NCBI RefSeq assembly: GCF_963921235.1
Contig: NC_086097.1
Location: 153,948,001-154,012,000 of the forward strand
From: Mobula hypostoma
Lineage: Eukaryota
Length of the DNA: 64,000 nt
Direction of reading: 5' to 3'
Below the pieces are notes generated by a model. That model worked only from the letters and a program-made list of their open reading frames with translations. It did not search any database and had not been told where the DNA came from. The translations under genes and the position numbers were made by a program. Of this stretch, positions 11,621 through 22,587 are shown in pieces (position 1 is the stretch's first letter; each line of letters opens with the position of its first letter).

Positions 11621-11767
11621 TATATAGAAATCTGTTTCTTTTGAAAGTGAAGTGCAGCCAAAAAAAGCTGAAGCAATTCTAAGAAAATTCCAGTCCACTT
11701 CCCACATTACATTTACTAAAAGATGTTAAGTACTCTTATAGTATACCTTAGTTATATTATTTAATAT

Positions 11768-11897
11768 AAACACAAAATAATCTGCAGATGCTGGGGTCAA
11801 GGCAACACTCACAACACACTGGAGAAACTCAGCAGGTCGGGCAGCATCCGTGGGAAAGATCGGTCAATGTTTCGGGCCAGAACCCTTCGTCAGGACT
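11768..11897 (-). mobile_element. Penelope-derived short element
   Basis: aacacaaaataatctgcagatgctgg terminus. Minus strand has gtcCTGACGAagggttctggccCGAAAcattgac. tttaata is duplicated at the flanks. Confidence 0.75.
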
Positions 11898-13009
11898 TTA
11901 ATACAAATACATCTCAGTTGGGGTTTCTTTTCATTACCTATCTTTAAGACACTCCTTAATGCTCCTTAAGAATATGTTATTTCAAAATTTACTGGCTTTA
12001 TTGAAAAGCATTAAATTGAGATCACACTTCTCAACAAATTAATACTGAGGGCCAGGTTCTGTCGGACAGTTCAAAGATTAGAATTGAAAAAAAAATTATT
12101 GGATCTGGCTCATTCTTACCATTACAAAATAGCCTATTACTCATGGGATGTCTAATTAACTTAGGGATACTTCATTAGTGAGGATTTTAATTGCTGTACT
12201 CCATTGATAATAATTTATACTAATTGACATAATTAAACTGAGGTGTAAAGCTTGTTTGCAACAAAGATGTGTTCTGAATCAGAGAACTAAAGCTGTTAAT
12301 TGGTAAATTAAGCCAGTCCAGTAATCCATAATTCTGTAGATTCTTTCCCATTGTTTTTTCTGAGCTGATGATTGTTATTAATTAGTTCCTTCCTTCACAC
12401 ACACTCAGAGAGATGTGAACAATACTTAATTTTCCTTTCAGTGTGTTCATTCATCCAATGAAATGTAAAAGTTTTATTTGATTTTTCTCATAAAACATAA
12501 AAATATCAAAATGTATTATACAACAGCTTGTACAGATGAATCATTCAAAAACCAAGGGTGTTGTGACAGAACTATTTTACATAAAGCTTCTTAAATATTT
12601 GATATAAATTACTCAAATAGATCACAGAAACAAATCATAGAAATTAGTTCAGAAACCAGATGGATGTCTGGACATAGAATGGATGATAAGACATTATGAG
12701 ACGGCAAATGAGCACAATGAAAGAAATGAGCAGAATGAACTGGACAAATTGGCTATTTCTTTTCTAAACAAGGTTCTAAGTACACAGTAGACAAAGGTAA
12801 AATATATATGTATTTAATGTTGTCATGATTTTAACTGGTTATCAACAATATTTAATTCATTTTAATCTAATATTTTTTCTCCTCTAATCAACAAAGCAAT
12901 TGTATGGTGAACTGTTACATGTGCAGCTTCCATTCGGCTGCTATCAGCTTTATATTACTCTTTCAATTATTTTTGGAGATGTGATGAAGTAATTAAAGTA
13001 AGGTTCCCC

Positions 13010-13148
13010 TCTGTTGTCATTTTTGCCTTATGCAAACTCCAGGAAAATGGTGGAGTATATGGCAGAGAAGGTGAATGAAAGAGTGAAGATGGGAATTTCT
13101 TCTTGGCCATTTCCTCTCTTACAATAATACATTCCACGTGCATGGATT
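13010..13148 (-). pseudogene. Probable ITPR-like exon remnant
   Basis: Reads IHARGMYYCKRGNGQEEIPIFTLSFTFSAIYSTIFLEFA*GKNDNR; the end resembles VCTEGKNVYT. Phase fits the exon at 17418-17517. Donor is degenerate. Confidence 0.4.
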
Positions 13149-14441
13149 CTTTTTAGGATAATTAGCAAACAAAAAAAATATGAATGGAGAATTGGTGATG
13201 TTTTCATGTGCATTAAGCTATTCTGACACTAATGAATGTCAATAAACTGAGAAATTTTGGGAGTCAAGACCATAGTTTCCTGATAGTGGAAAATGCAGGT
13301 AGGTAGGGTGGTGATAAAATCAGATAGAAATCTTCTCTTCTGAAGTCAGTACAAAGCATATAAAAGATGAGATCTTATGTTGCATCTTTACACAACACAG
13401 ATTAGACTACATTTATAGGCCATTCTTATTTTCACATTATCAGAAGGACGTGGTTGCATTGGAAAGAGCACAGAGGAAATACACCAGAATACTATATACA
13501 TTGGAGGATTTAAATTTTGGGAAGAGATTGAATAGGTTGGTATCATTTACCCTGGAGCAAAAGAGGCTGAAGGGTAACTTAACAGAGCAATATAAAATTA
13601 TAAGCAGCAAAAATAGGATAGATGGTTGGAATCTTCATGAGCAGCTACTGAACCAGCACAGGTAGAGTAATGAGGCTGTAATAAAGTCATGGTATTGTCG
13701 TGCCAGTGCCTTATTTTCTTGTCAAAGGGGAAGAACTTACTTTCCTTTTTATTTGATTGAATGTTGAAGGAAAATCTGTCATTGTATCTTTTGGGTGTTT
13801 CTACCCCTGAAAAAAATCTGTTAGTTCTGAGATTAGTGTTCATATCAGACCTACGCTGCTAATCCCTAGAGCAGTTTTTTTTTAATGTATTTCTTCTTGT
13901 TTTCATAATCTAGGCATGTCTGGAAAGGTCTGCATTTACTGCTTATCTCTGATTCCCCGAAGCCCTTCAGACAATATTATTACAATGTAGTTGATTAGCT
14001 AGGTTCAGGATTTAGACCCATCAACACTAACATGCCACTTCCAACACTGATGTAAGACTTGCGATTCAGGATTGTGTGCAACTTAGGTGAAAACTTGGAG
14101 GTGTCCCCATTTGCAACTTGCCTTATGCTCTTAGTATTAGTGATCCAGTGATCTGTGGGTTTGGGAGGCACTAGAGTGTCCTTTGTCAGAACTGCAGTGT
14201 ATTTTGTAGATAGTGCACACTGCAACCACTGTCCAAAATGCTATGTTGGCTTGAGTCACAACATTATGCTTTCGCTCTTGGTAGGGTCAACCAGGACAAA
14301 CAGGTCAAAGGGTAGAGGCCAGACCAAGAGGGATCCACAAGACCTCCAGGTTCAGGGGTTCAGCTCCGAGCTAATAACCCTGACAGGGAAAACAAAACAG
14401 TTACAGGAATAGCAATGAAGAATCATTATATATCTGAGTGC

Positions 14442-15947
14442 AAACAACAGGAATTCTGTAGATGCTGGAAATTCAAGCAACACACATCAAAGTTGCTGGT
14501 GAACGCAGCAGGCCAGGCAGCATCTCTAGGAAGAGGTGCAGTCGATGTTTCAGGCCGAGATCCTTCGTCAGGACTAACTGAAGGAAGAGTGAGTAAGGGA
14601 TTTGAAAGTTGGAGGGGGAGGGGGAGATCCAAAATGATAGGAGAAGACAGGAGGGGGAGGGATAGAGCCAAGAGCTGGACAGGTGATTGGCAAGGGGGAT
14701 ATGAGAGGATCATGGGACAGGAGGCCCAGGGAGAAGGAAAAGGGGGAGGGGCGGAAAAACCCAGAGGATGTGCAAGGGGTGTAGTCAGAGGGACAGAGGG
14801 AGAAAAAGGAGTGAGAGAAAGAATGTGTGTATATAAATAATGGATGGGGTACGAGGGGGAGGTGGGGCATTAGCGGAAGTTGTAGAAGTCAATGTTCATG
14901 CCATCAGGTTGGAGGCTACCCAGGCGGAATACAAGGTGTTGTTCCTCCAACCTGAGTGTGGCTTCATCTTTACAGTAAAGGAGGCCGTGGATAGACATGT
15001 CAGAATGGGAATGGGATGTGGAATTAAAATGTGTGGCCACTGGGAGATCCTGCTTTCTCCAGCGGACAGAGCGTAGGTGTAGGTGTATACGTTCCATTCG
15101 TCCCCCCCATCCCTCCCCACTGATCTCCCTCCTGGCACTTATCCGTGTAAGCGGAACAAGTGCTACACATGCCCTTACACTTCCTCCCTTACCACCATTC
15201 AGGGCCCCAAACAGTCCTTCCAGGTGAGGCAACACTTCACCTGTGAGTCGGCTGGGGTGATATACTGCATCCGGTGCTCCCGATGTGGCCTTCTATATAT
15301 TGACGAGACCCGACGCAGACTGGGAGACCGCTTTGCTGAACACCTACGCTCTGTCCGCCAGAGAAAGCAGGATCTCCCAGTGGCCACACATTTTAATTCC
15401 ACATCCCATTCCCATTACGGCATGTCTATCTACGGCCTCCTCTACTGTAAAGATGAGGACACACTCGGGTTGGAGGAACAACACCTTATATTCCATCTGG
15501 GTAGCCTCCAACCTGATGGCATGAACATCGACTTCTCTAACTTCCGCTAATGCCCCACCTCCCCCTCGTACCCCATCTGTTACTTATTTTTATACACACA
15601 TTCTTTCTCTCGCTCTCCTTTTTCTCCCTCTGTCCCTCTAATATACCCCTTGCCCATCCTCTGGGTTCCCCCCCTCCCCCCTAGTCTTTCTTCCCGGACC
15701 TCCTGTCCCATGATCCTCTCGTATCCCTTTTGCCGATCACCTGTCCAGCTCTTGGCTCCATCCCTCCCCCTCCTGTCTTCTCCTATCATTTTGGATCTCC
15801 CCCTCACCCTCCCCTTCTCAAATCCCTTACTCACTCTTCCTTCAGTTAGTCCTGACGAAGGGTCTCGGCCTGAAACGTTGACTGCACCTTTTCCTAGAGG
15901 TGCTGCCTGGCCTGCTGCGTTCACCAGCAACTTTGATGTGTGTTGCT
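14442..15947. mobile_element. Penelope-like retroelement insertion: two 3' portions in inverted orientation
   Basis: 13-bp TSD tata(t/c)ctgagtgc (14429-14441 and 15948-15960). Arms ~14476-15077 and ~15342-15947 are reverse complements. GIY-YIG endonuclease coding sequence is present. Confidence 0.9.
15083..15550 (+). CDS. Penelope-like GIY-YIG endonuclease domain (truncated element, probably inactive)
   Basis: GTYPCKRNKCYTC linker, VIYCIRCSRCGLLYIDET (YIGET with G>D), RFAEH, PVATHF..H, LEEQHLIFHLGSLQPDGMN. Confidence 0.85.
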   Translation: MYTFHSSPPSLPTDLPPGTYPCKRNKCYTCPYTSSLTTIQGPKQSFQVRQHFTCESAGVIYCIRCSRCGLLYIDETRRRLGDRFAEHLRSVRQRKQDLPVATHFNSTSHSHYGMSIYGLLYCKDEDTLGLEEQHLIFHLGSLQPDGMNIDFSNFR

Positions 15948-17417
15948 TATACCTGAGTGCGATGCTATTCCTGAGTTTCCACTCAAACTTTCATGACTGA
16001 CAGTAGTAAAAACTGAGCTAACTGACACAATAAAGGAAGCCCTGAACACTATCAGAGATGGAGGACCTTCATTACTGCCCTAAAGGCCAGCAGTATAATG
16101 GGCAGTAGGAAGAGAGAAATGAATGCTTTGGACAGTGGATAGAGTGTCATTTGAGTGAATTAACTTGTCCCAGATGATGTTGAAAGTTGTTGGAACTGCA
16201 CTCAACCGGGTCAGTGGAGAAATATCACCACAGTCCTAGTATTTGTCTTATAGTTGGTGGAAAAAGGGTGAGTCAATCATGCAGAATACCCAACTTCTGA
16301 CTTGTTCTTTTAGCCACAGTACTTCTGTGGATGGTCCAGAAGAGTTTGCTGTGATGAACATTACGTTGATGGAGACAATCAAGGAAATAATGAATGTAAA
16401 AATTGACAAAGTTAGAATCTTTCCTGTTAGAGACAGTCATTGCCTGGTAAGTTTGTACCTTGTACCTTACTTGCCACTTACTAGCCGGTTGTCTAAATAT
16501 GTTGCAAATGGAATTGAGCCTTGTGCAATTATCACTGGAATTATCTACCCCAGGGATTTATGAAGACTGAATCATAAGAAATATTTAAAGTGGGGGTACA
16601 TAAACTTTGAATGGTTGGAGATTTGAGGGTGATCGAGATCTGGCACAAAAGAGTTGAAGTCTGGGATAGGTCAATCACGATCCTACTAAATTTCAGGAGA
16701 GGCCTGAAGTGCCAAGTGGTCTACTCTCCATCCTTTTGCCTTGTGTTCTTGTATTCTATCCTCACAATAGAAGGCCATTGATAACGTGGCTTGAGATCAT
16801 TGGGCATAGGATACTGCCCAGACATACTCCTGCAGTGATATCCTTGGGCAATGATGAATGTCTTCCAGTTACCTGAATAGGTGTCTACCAGTCAATAAGG
16901 CTACACACAAATATTGTTCACCGAAAACTTCTCTGGTGCTTTAGGCCATTAAAATGACAGAGCATCATGGACCAGATACAAGGGTGATGCAGTGCAGACC
17001 TTGCACAATAAAAAGAAAAGAGTATGCCGTGTTTCTCACACAAATTCAACCTCAATAATAAAAAAAAAAATTAACTTCAGCAACTGTTGTTGTTTAGGAA
17101 AGAAATCATTGGCATGCAGTTTGGCATCAACAAGATGTCTATATTTTGGGTAGAGTTTTTTAGTGGAAAGATTGGTGGCTAAGTTCCAGTGAAACCAAGG
17201 AGGACTTTTTCAAAGAAAGGCCAATGAAAGTCTAAAAGTCTCTCAGAAAAGTTTGCCAATGTAGGGTTAGTTGAAGCTTTTAGGATTGAATTCAATTGAT
17301 TTTATTTAGGCAAGAATATCAAATGTGATGGAGCAAATGGCCACTTGTACTGTGAGGACAGCTTTGTTATCTTCTTGTAAGCAATCCTATGGAGAAGTAT
17401 TTTGAGACTCCCAGTAC

Positions 17418-17517
17418 CTTTATCTATCAACTTTACTGAAAAAGCAGCACAGCACCAGCTGCAAATACAACTCAGCTAATAATCTGCATTTATCACTGTT
17501 CTTTTCTAAATCTGCTT
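17418..17517 (-). pseudogene. Probable ITPR-like exon (100 nt, one stop)
   Basis: tttgtattacttctag|...aag|gtactg; reads (E)ADLEKNSDKCRLLAELYLQLVLCCFFSKVDR*. Its phase-1 start fits the exon ending at 18600. Confidence 0.5.
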
Positions 17518-18599
17518 CTAGAAGTAATACAAATAAAGCATCCTCAATCAAACGGTGAGGGAACACGGAGGCAGAGTCAACCTTAATAATGATGGAAGGC
17601 AATTGATTTTTCTTTGGTTGTTCTTTGCCAATGAGTTAGACATTTTACTTTTAATCAACCTTTTAGAAATCACACTGTTGAGATTTTGAAGTATCATCAA
17701 TACACAGACTAAAAATAAATGAAATTATACAGCAAAATAAAAGCCATGAAACCTGACATCACTTCCTTAGTACTTAATTATTTAAAATGTTTAGTCTTTA
17801 AAAAACTGCTTTGTTTACAAACATGGACCTGGAAATTTTCTTGTAAAACGTATTTTTCCTATGGATGGTGTTGAGCACTGTCCCTGTATTCAGTTCCCTT
17901 TTTCTTACCATTATTTGGATCTTATCCAGCTGCCTTTTTCATTTTCTTCACTCCTGACTGCTCGATCACTTCCTCCCTTAATTTTTCCTCACCACCTTCT
18001 CTGATTTTGCACTCTCTTATCATTCCTCTAGGTTCAATTTCGTCCCACAACTTTGATTTATCTTTCTAGGTTCTTCCAAGACCCAATCATCTCTTGATTA
18101 CAATCTTCTCTTCAGCTCCCATCCTCTTCCAGCCTGTAACCATTATCTTCCCACCTTTTTTCACATTCTTCCTCATGACCATCTTCTGCTCACCAGATCT
18201 ATACCAGTTTTGTGGTACAAAATGCAGTGGTCATGCATGATAGAATATTAGAATTCCTCGCCTCCTACACAATGGTCTTCAATAGATTAAATCATATATT
18301 GAAGAATTTGAGACAATTCTCTATTTTATACAACAAATCAGCAGACATTTCTGAACCTTTTCATGCTTGACAATCTGCTTTTTTTAAATTTATGTTTCTA
18401 TTATTTCTATTTCCTTTCTCCTTTCCTTCCAACTGGTCACATTTACAATAGAGGCAAAGAGAATTTAAGAAGACATTTAATTTAACAGGTAGACATTAGG
18501 AAGGTGTCACAATAAAACAATAAAGTTGGGCTGCAAAGAGCAGCCAATAATTGCCAGAAGCAATTCTCTTCAAGATTTTTAACCTTCAATCTTTCTTAC

Positions 18600-19961
18600 C
18601 TAGGTTGGCTCCTGGGTGGGCAGGCAGTTGATATCTCAAGATAAAATCTAAACAATAATTTGAAGATACAAAATATATCATATATGACCATACAGTTCTT
18701 AAATGTGTTTAGAAACAAATATGTTATCTAAAGCTTCACTAATTTAAAAGTAAAGTCATTGCTGGCATGTTTATGTTCAATATTGGTCAATATTCAACTC
18801 AACCACACAAACAGGAAGACTTATATTTCACTATTCCCTGTTAATTACAAGTAACTCATGGAGATACAAAAATGATGTTGAAGCCGTTAAAGTCACCGCA
18901 ACAAATTCCGAAGAAAATTATTTTTTTTTATAGTGATGAAATCAAAGTGATTTCTTGCTCACTGTCAGCCAGAATCCATTAGTACAGCAGAACCAAGAGG
19001 CTACAGCTTGCATTTAATGTGGTTTAAATTTTCATCTGCCTGAAAATGAAGCATGTGACTTTTATTAGTAATAAAAGTAGTAAAATCACTGCAGTAGAGG
19101 TGATAGATCATATGATTCATTTTACTGAACATTTGAAGTGTTGTACACAAAGATAATTTCACAAATATAATGTGAGGTCAAATGTCATCAAAATTCCAGT
19201 GTCACAGAGAAAAATGTGTTAAAGGATTTGATGAGGCTCTTTGGTGTTTCTGCTTTAGAAAGGAATCTGTAAAATAAGAAATAGTTTTGCTCTGAGACTG
19301 GTTCTTACAGAGTATTCTGTTTTCCAACAACATTTACACAAATATGTGGGTAATGATGCAGAAATGCAAATTTTAATTAATATTTGAAAGGAAGTGACCA
19401 TGGGTCTCCTGTGGATGTACATATATAGGCATCCATTTTAAAATTGCCATATTGAGTTCATTTCTCCCTTGCCAGAATGCAAAGTGCATTGTTATGGATT
19501 TCCCTGTTAAATTGCAACTACACATATCCATCCATCTCACAATATCTAATGAAGGTTGTTACCAGATTCCTTATTGTTGAACATATTTTCAAAGACTTTA
19601 TCATCTACAAGTTTTGAAATTAAGACCTACGTTTCTCAGCCCAGTTGACAAATATATTGTATATTAACAAGAATTCTTAAGTCCGTAAGAATGAGAAATT
19701 CCACTGTTTATGTCACTCTCCTGTGAAACTGTTACTCCCTACTGTGCCCCTCTACTTTGTTATTGTTGCTGTTGTTGTGTCATTATTATTACTATCCTCT
19801 TTAATTCTACAGCTTTTTGAAAGTCTATGCCCATGACACAAACCACCTTGAATTATCTTGAAAGTTTTAACTAGGCTAATAAGTTGATCTTAAGTCTAAC
19901 ACAACAGGAGGACAGGCTGACAAAAGAATGGAGCAGCAAAGCAAATATATTGGTTTCCATG
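18600..19961 (-). pseudogene. Cluster of four small ITPR-like exons (19847-19961, 19563-19626, 18963-19039, 18600-~18660), second RIH domain
   Basis: GNQY/ALLLH..FQDN ~ QNQALLHKH..FMNN. VLISKLVDDKVFENMFNNKES|GR ~ [23 protein letters not shown] (64-nt open exon, acgtag|..|gtaac, phase matches the next exon). YCLDFILRY ~ KCQDMVMAE. Donors are gtggtt, gtaaca, gtgagc and gtaaga. Confidence 0.6.
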
Positions 19962-19962
19962 A

Positions 19963-21642
19963 GACTACAAGACCAGGAACAAAATTAGGCCATTCAGTCC
20001 ATCACAACTTCTATGTCATTCCATTTTATTTGATTTATTGTCCCTCTCAACCCCATCCTCCTGCTTTCTCCCCGGAACTATTGATACCCAGACCAATCAA
20101 GTACTTATCAAACTTTGCTTTAAGTATATCCAATGACTTGGCCTCCACAGCTGTCTGTGGCAATGAATTCCACAGATTTATCAGAGGAATGAAGAAAGTC
20201 CTCCTCATCTCTGTTCTAAATAGGCATCCCTCTGTTCTGAGACTGACCTCTGTTCTTAGATTCTCTTACTGTAGAAAACATCCTCTACACATCCTCTGTG
20301 TCCGAGTCTTTCAATATTCAATAGGTTTTAATGAAATCTGCCTGCCCATTCTTCTAAACTCCAGCGAGTACAGGCCAAAGCCATTAAAAGCCTGTCATAC
20401 ATTAACCCTTTCCTTTCCATTCCTGAAATCATTCTTGAAAAGCCCCACTGGACCCTCTCCAATGCCAGCACATCTTTTCTTAGAATTCCAATGATCGAGA
20501 AACCTGAAACCCTGCCCCTGCATCAATTCCTCAGCCACATGTTCATCTGCCTAATCATCCTATTGTTAGCGTCATTGGTTTTAAACACAGGCGGCAATCT
20601 AGAAATTACTATACTGGAGGACCTGCTTTTCAGTCTTATACCTCACTCCTATCTACAGGCTGAAAGTAAATGGGGAAGACATGAAACAAGAACAGAACTT
20701 TTGCTACTTAGGAAGCTGGGTGACATCAGATGGCAGGTGCAACATGGACATCAAAAGAAGAACAGGGATGGCAAAAGACACCTTTGCAAGAATGAGAAGT
20801 ATACTTACCAACACTAAACTAGGCATGACAACCTGCCTCAGAGTACTGAAATGTTATGTTTGTCCAGTTATGTTATATGGATTTGAATGTTGGACAATAT
20901 CTAGTAACATGAGGAAACAAATTGAAACAGCAGAGATGTGGTTTTTGAGGAGGATGCAAAGAATACCATGGACGAAACAAATATCTAGTGAGGATGTCAT
21001 GAACAGAGCAAGCACGAAAAGAGAAATAATGTATGAGATCATGAAAGGGCAATGTAACTTCATTGGACATGTGATTTGGAAAGAGGAGTTAGAATGCATG
21101 GTGATTATGGGAAAGGTTGAAGGGAAAATGGGAATAGGAAGGCAAAGACAAATGATGGAGACAGCAGCCAGGGAACTGGAACTGAATACCAATGAATTGA
21201 TCCACTTGACCTGAAACAGGAGTATGTAGGCCATGACAGTCAAAGCTCAAAATGCACCTGATGATGATGATGATTACCTCACTCATTATATTCTCTCTTC
21301 AGGACCTCATCCCTTTTCTTACCTATGCCATTGGTTCCAATATGTATCATGACTTCTGGCTGCTCACCCTTCTCCTTTAGAATGATGTGGTCTTAATTGG
21401 AGACATACTTGACCCCAGCACCTGGGATGCAACATAGCATCTGATATCGTTGTCATATCCACAGAAACTCCCTCCTGATCCTCTAAATATGGAATCCCCT
21501 GTGACTATTGCACTCATTTTCTACCCCTTTTCCTTCTGAGCCATAGAGTCAGACTCAGCACCAGAGACCTGGTCACAATGGCTTCCCCCAGTAGGTCACC
21601 CCCACCCCATAGTATCTAAAGTGGTAGACTCATTATTTTGAG
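19963..21642 (-). mobile_element. CR1 LINE (outer element of the nested stack) with most of ORF2 deleted; ORF1 appears to resume at ~37880-37965
   Basis: 3' tail at 19963. ORF2 end up to ~20485 abuts ORF1 SGNH-esterase sequence (GDS, PGA, HIGTN motifs). The ORF1 motif gttacagggaggt (cf. 43672) reappears on the minus strand at ~37910-37923. Confidence 0.75.
20655..21274 (+). mobile_element. RTE-clade LINE 3' fragment
   Basis: FCYLGS..DIKRRTGMA..MLYGFECWT..EMWFLRRM (ORF 20681..21214), a (GAT)n tail, and TSD tacctcactc (20639-20648 and 21275-21284). Confidence 0.9.
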
Positions 21643-22587
21643 TAGAACCCATCCTTTACACATCTCTCCCGAATAGTTTCCCAATTGCAATCTGATCTTT
21701 TCAAATTCAATATAGGAAACAAAATCTTTGTCTTGGGTTCCTTAGCTATAGACCATTTTCTAACATACCAGAAAGAGCTGCCTCATATAGCAAATGGTTG
21801 TTCATCGACTTCAACTCAGCATCTACCACATCGTCCTTCAGAAGATGCTGGGTAAACTGTCCTCATTGGTAGTCAAAACCCCTCCCTGTAATGTGAGCTT
21901 GTTCTTGACTGAAAGACCCTAGTCCAAGTTGGCAGCAAAATCTTTAGCTTCATCATGCTGAACACTGGTGCTCCCCAGGGCTGTGTGCTCAGCCCACTGC
22001 TGTTCATGCTATTGACTCATGACTGCACTGCCAGATTCTGCTCAATCTACATCGTTCACTGATAATACAACAGTGATTGGCCTCATCAGCAACAGTGATG
22101 AGTTGGCATACAGAGAGGAGGTTGAGAGACTTACCAAATGGTGTGAGAGTAACAACCTCACTATCAACATTGACAAGACAGAAGAGATGGGTGTGGATTG
22201 CAGGTTGGCCACCCTCTGTTGCACATCAATGGCTTTGCCATGGAGAGAGGTGAAGAGTTACAAAGTTCCTTGGTATGAACATAGTGGATGAACTATCTGG
22301 GACTCAAACCACCTCCTCACTAGGCAGGAAGGCACAGCCAGCAGTGTCTCCACTTTCTAAGGAGATTGAGATATGCAAAGCTCTCCACTCCCATTCTAAC
22401 AACTTTCTCCCTGAGCACCATTGACAGTGTCCCATCCAGCTGTATTATTGTATGGTACACAAGCTGCAAGGCATCAACCACAAGGCCCTACAGAGGCTTG
22501 TAAATACCACTGAGAGGATCACCAGGGTCCCCCTCCTGCTTATTTGTGACACTTACCAGGATTGTTGTATATGAAGGGCCTGAAGCA

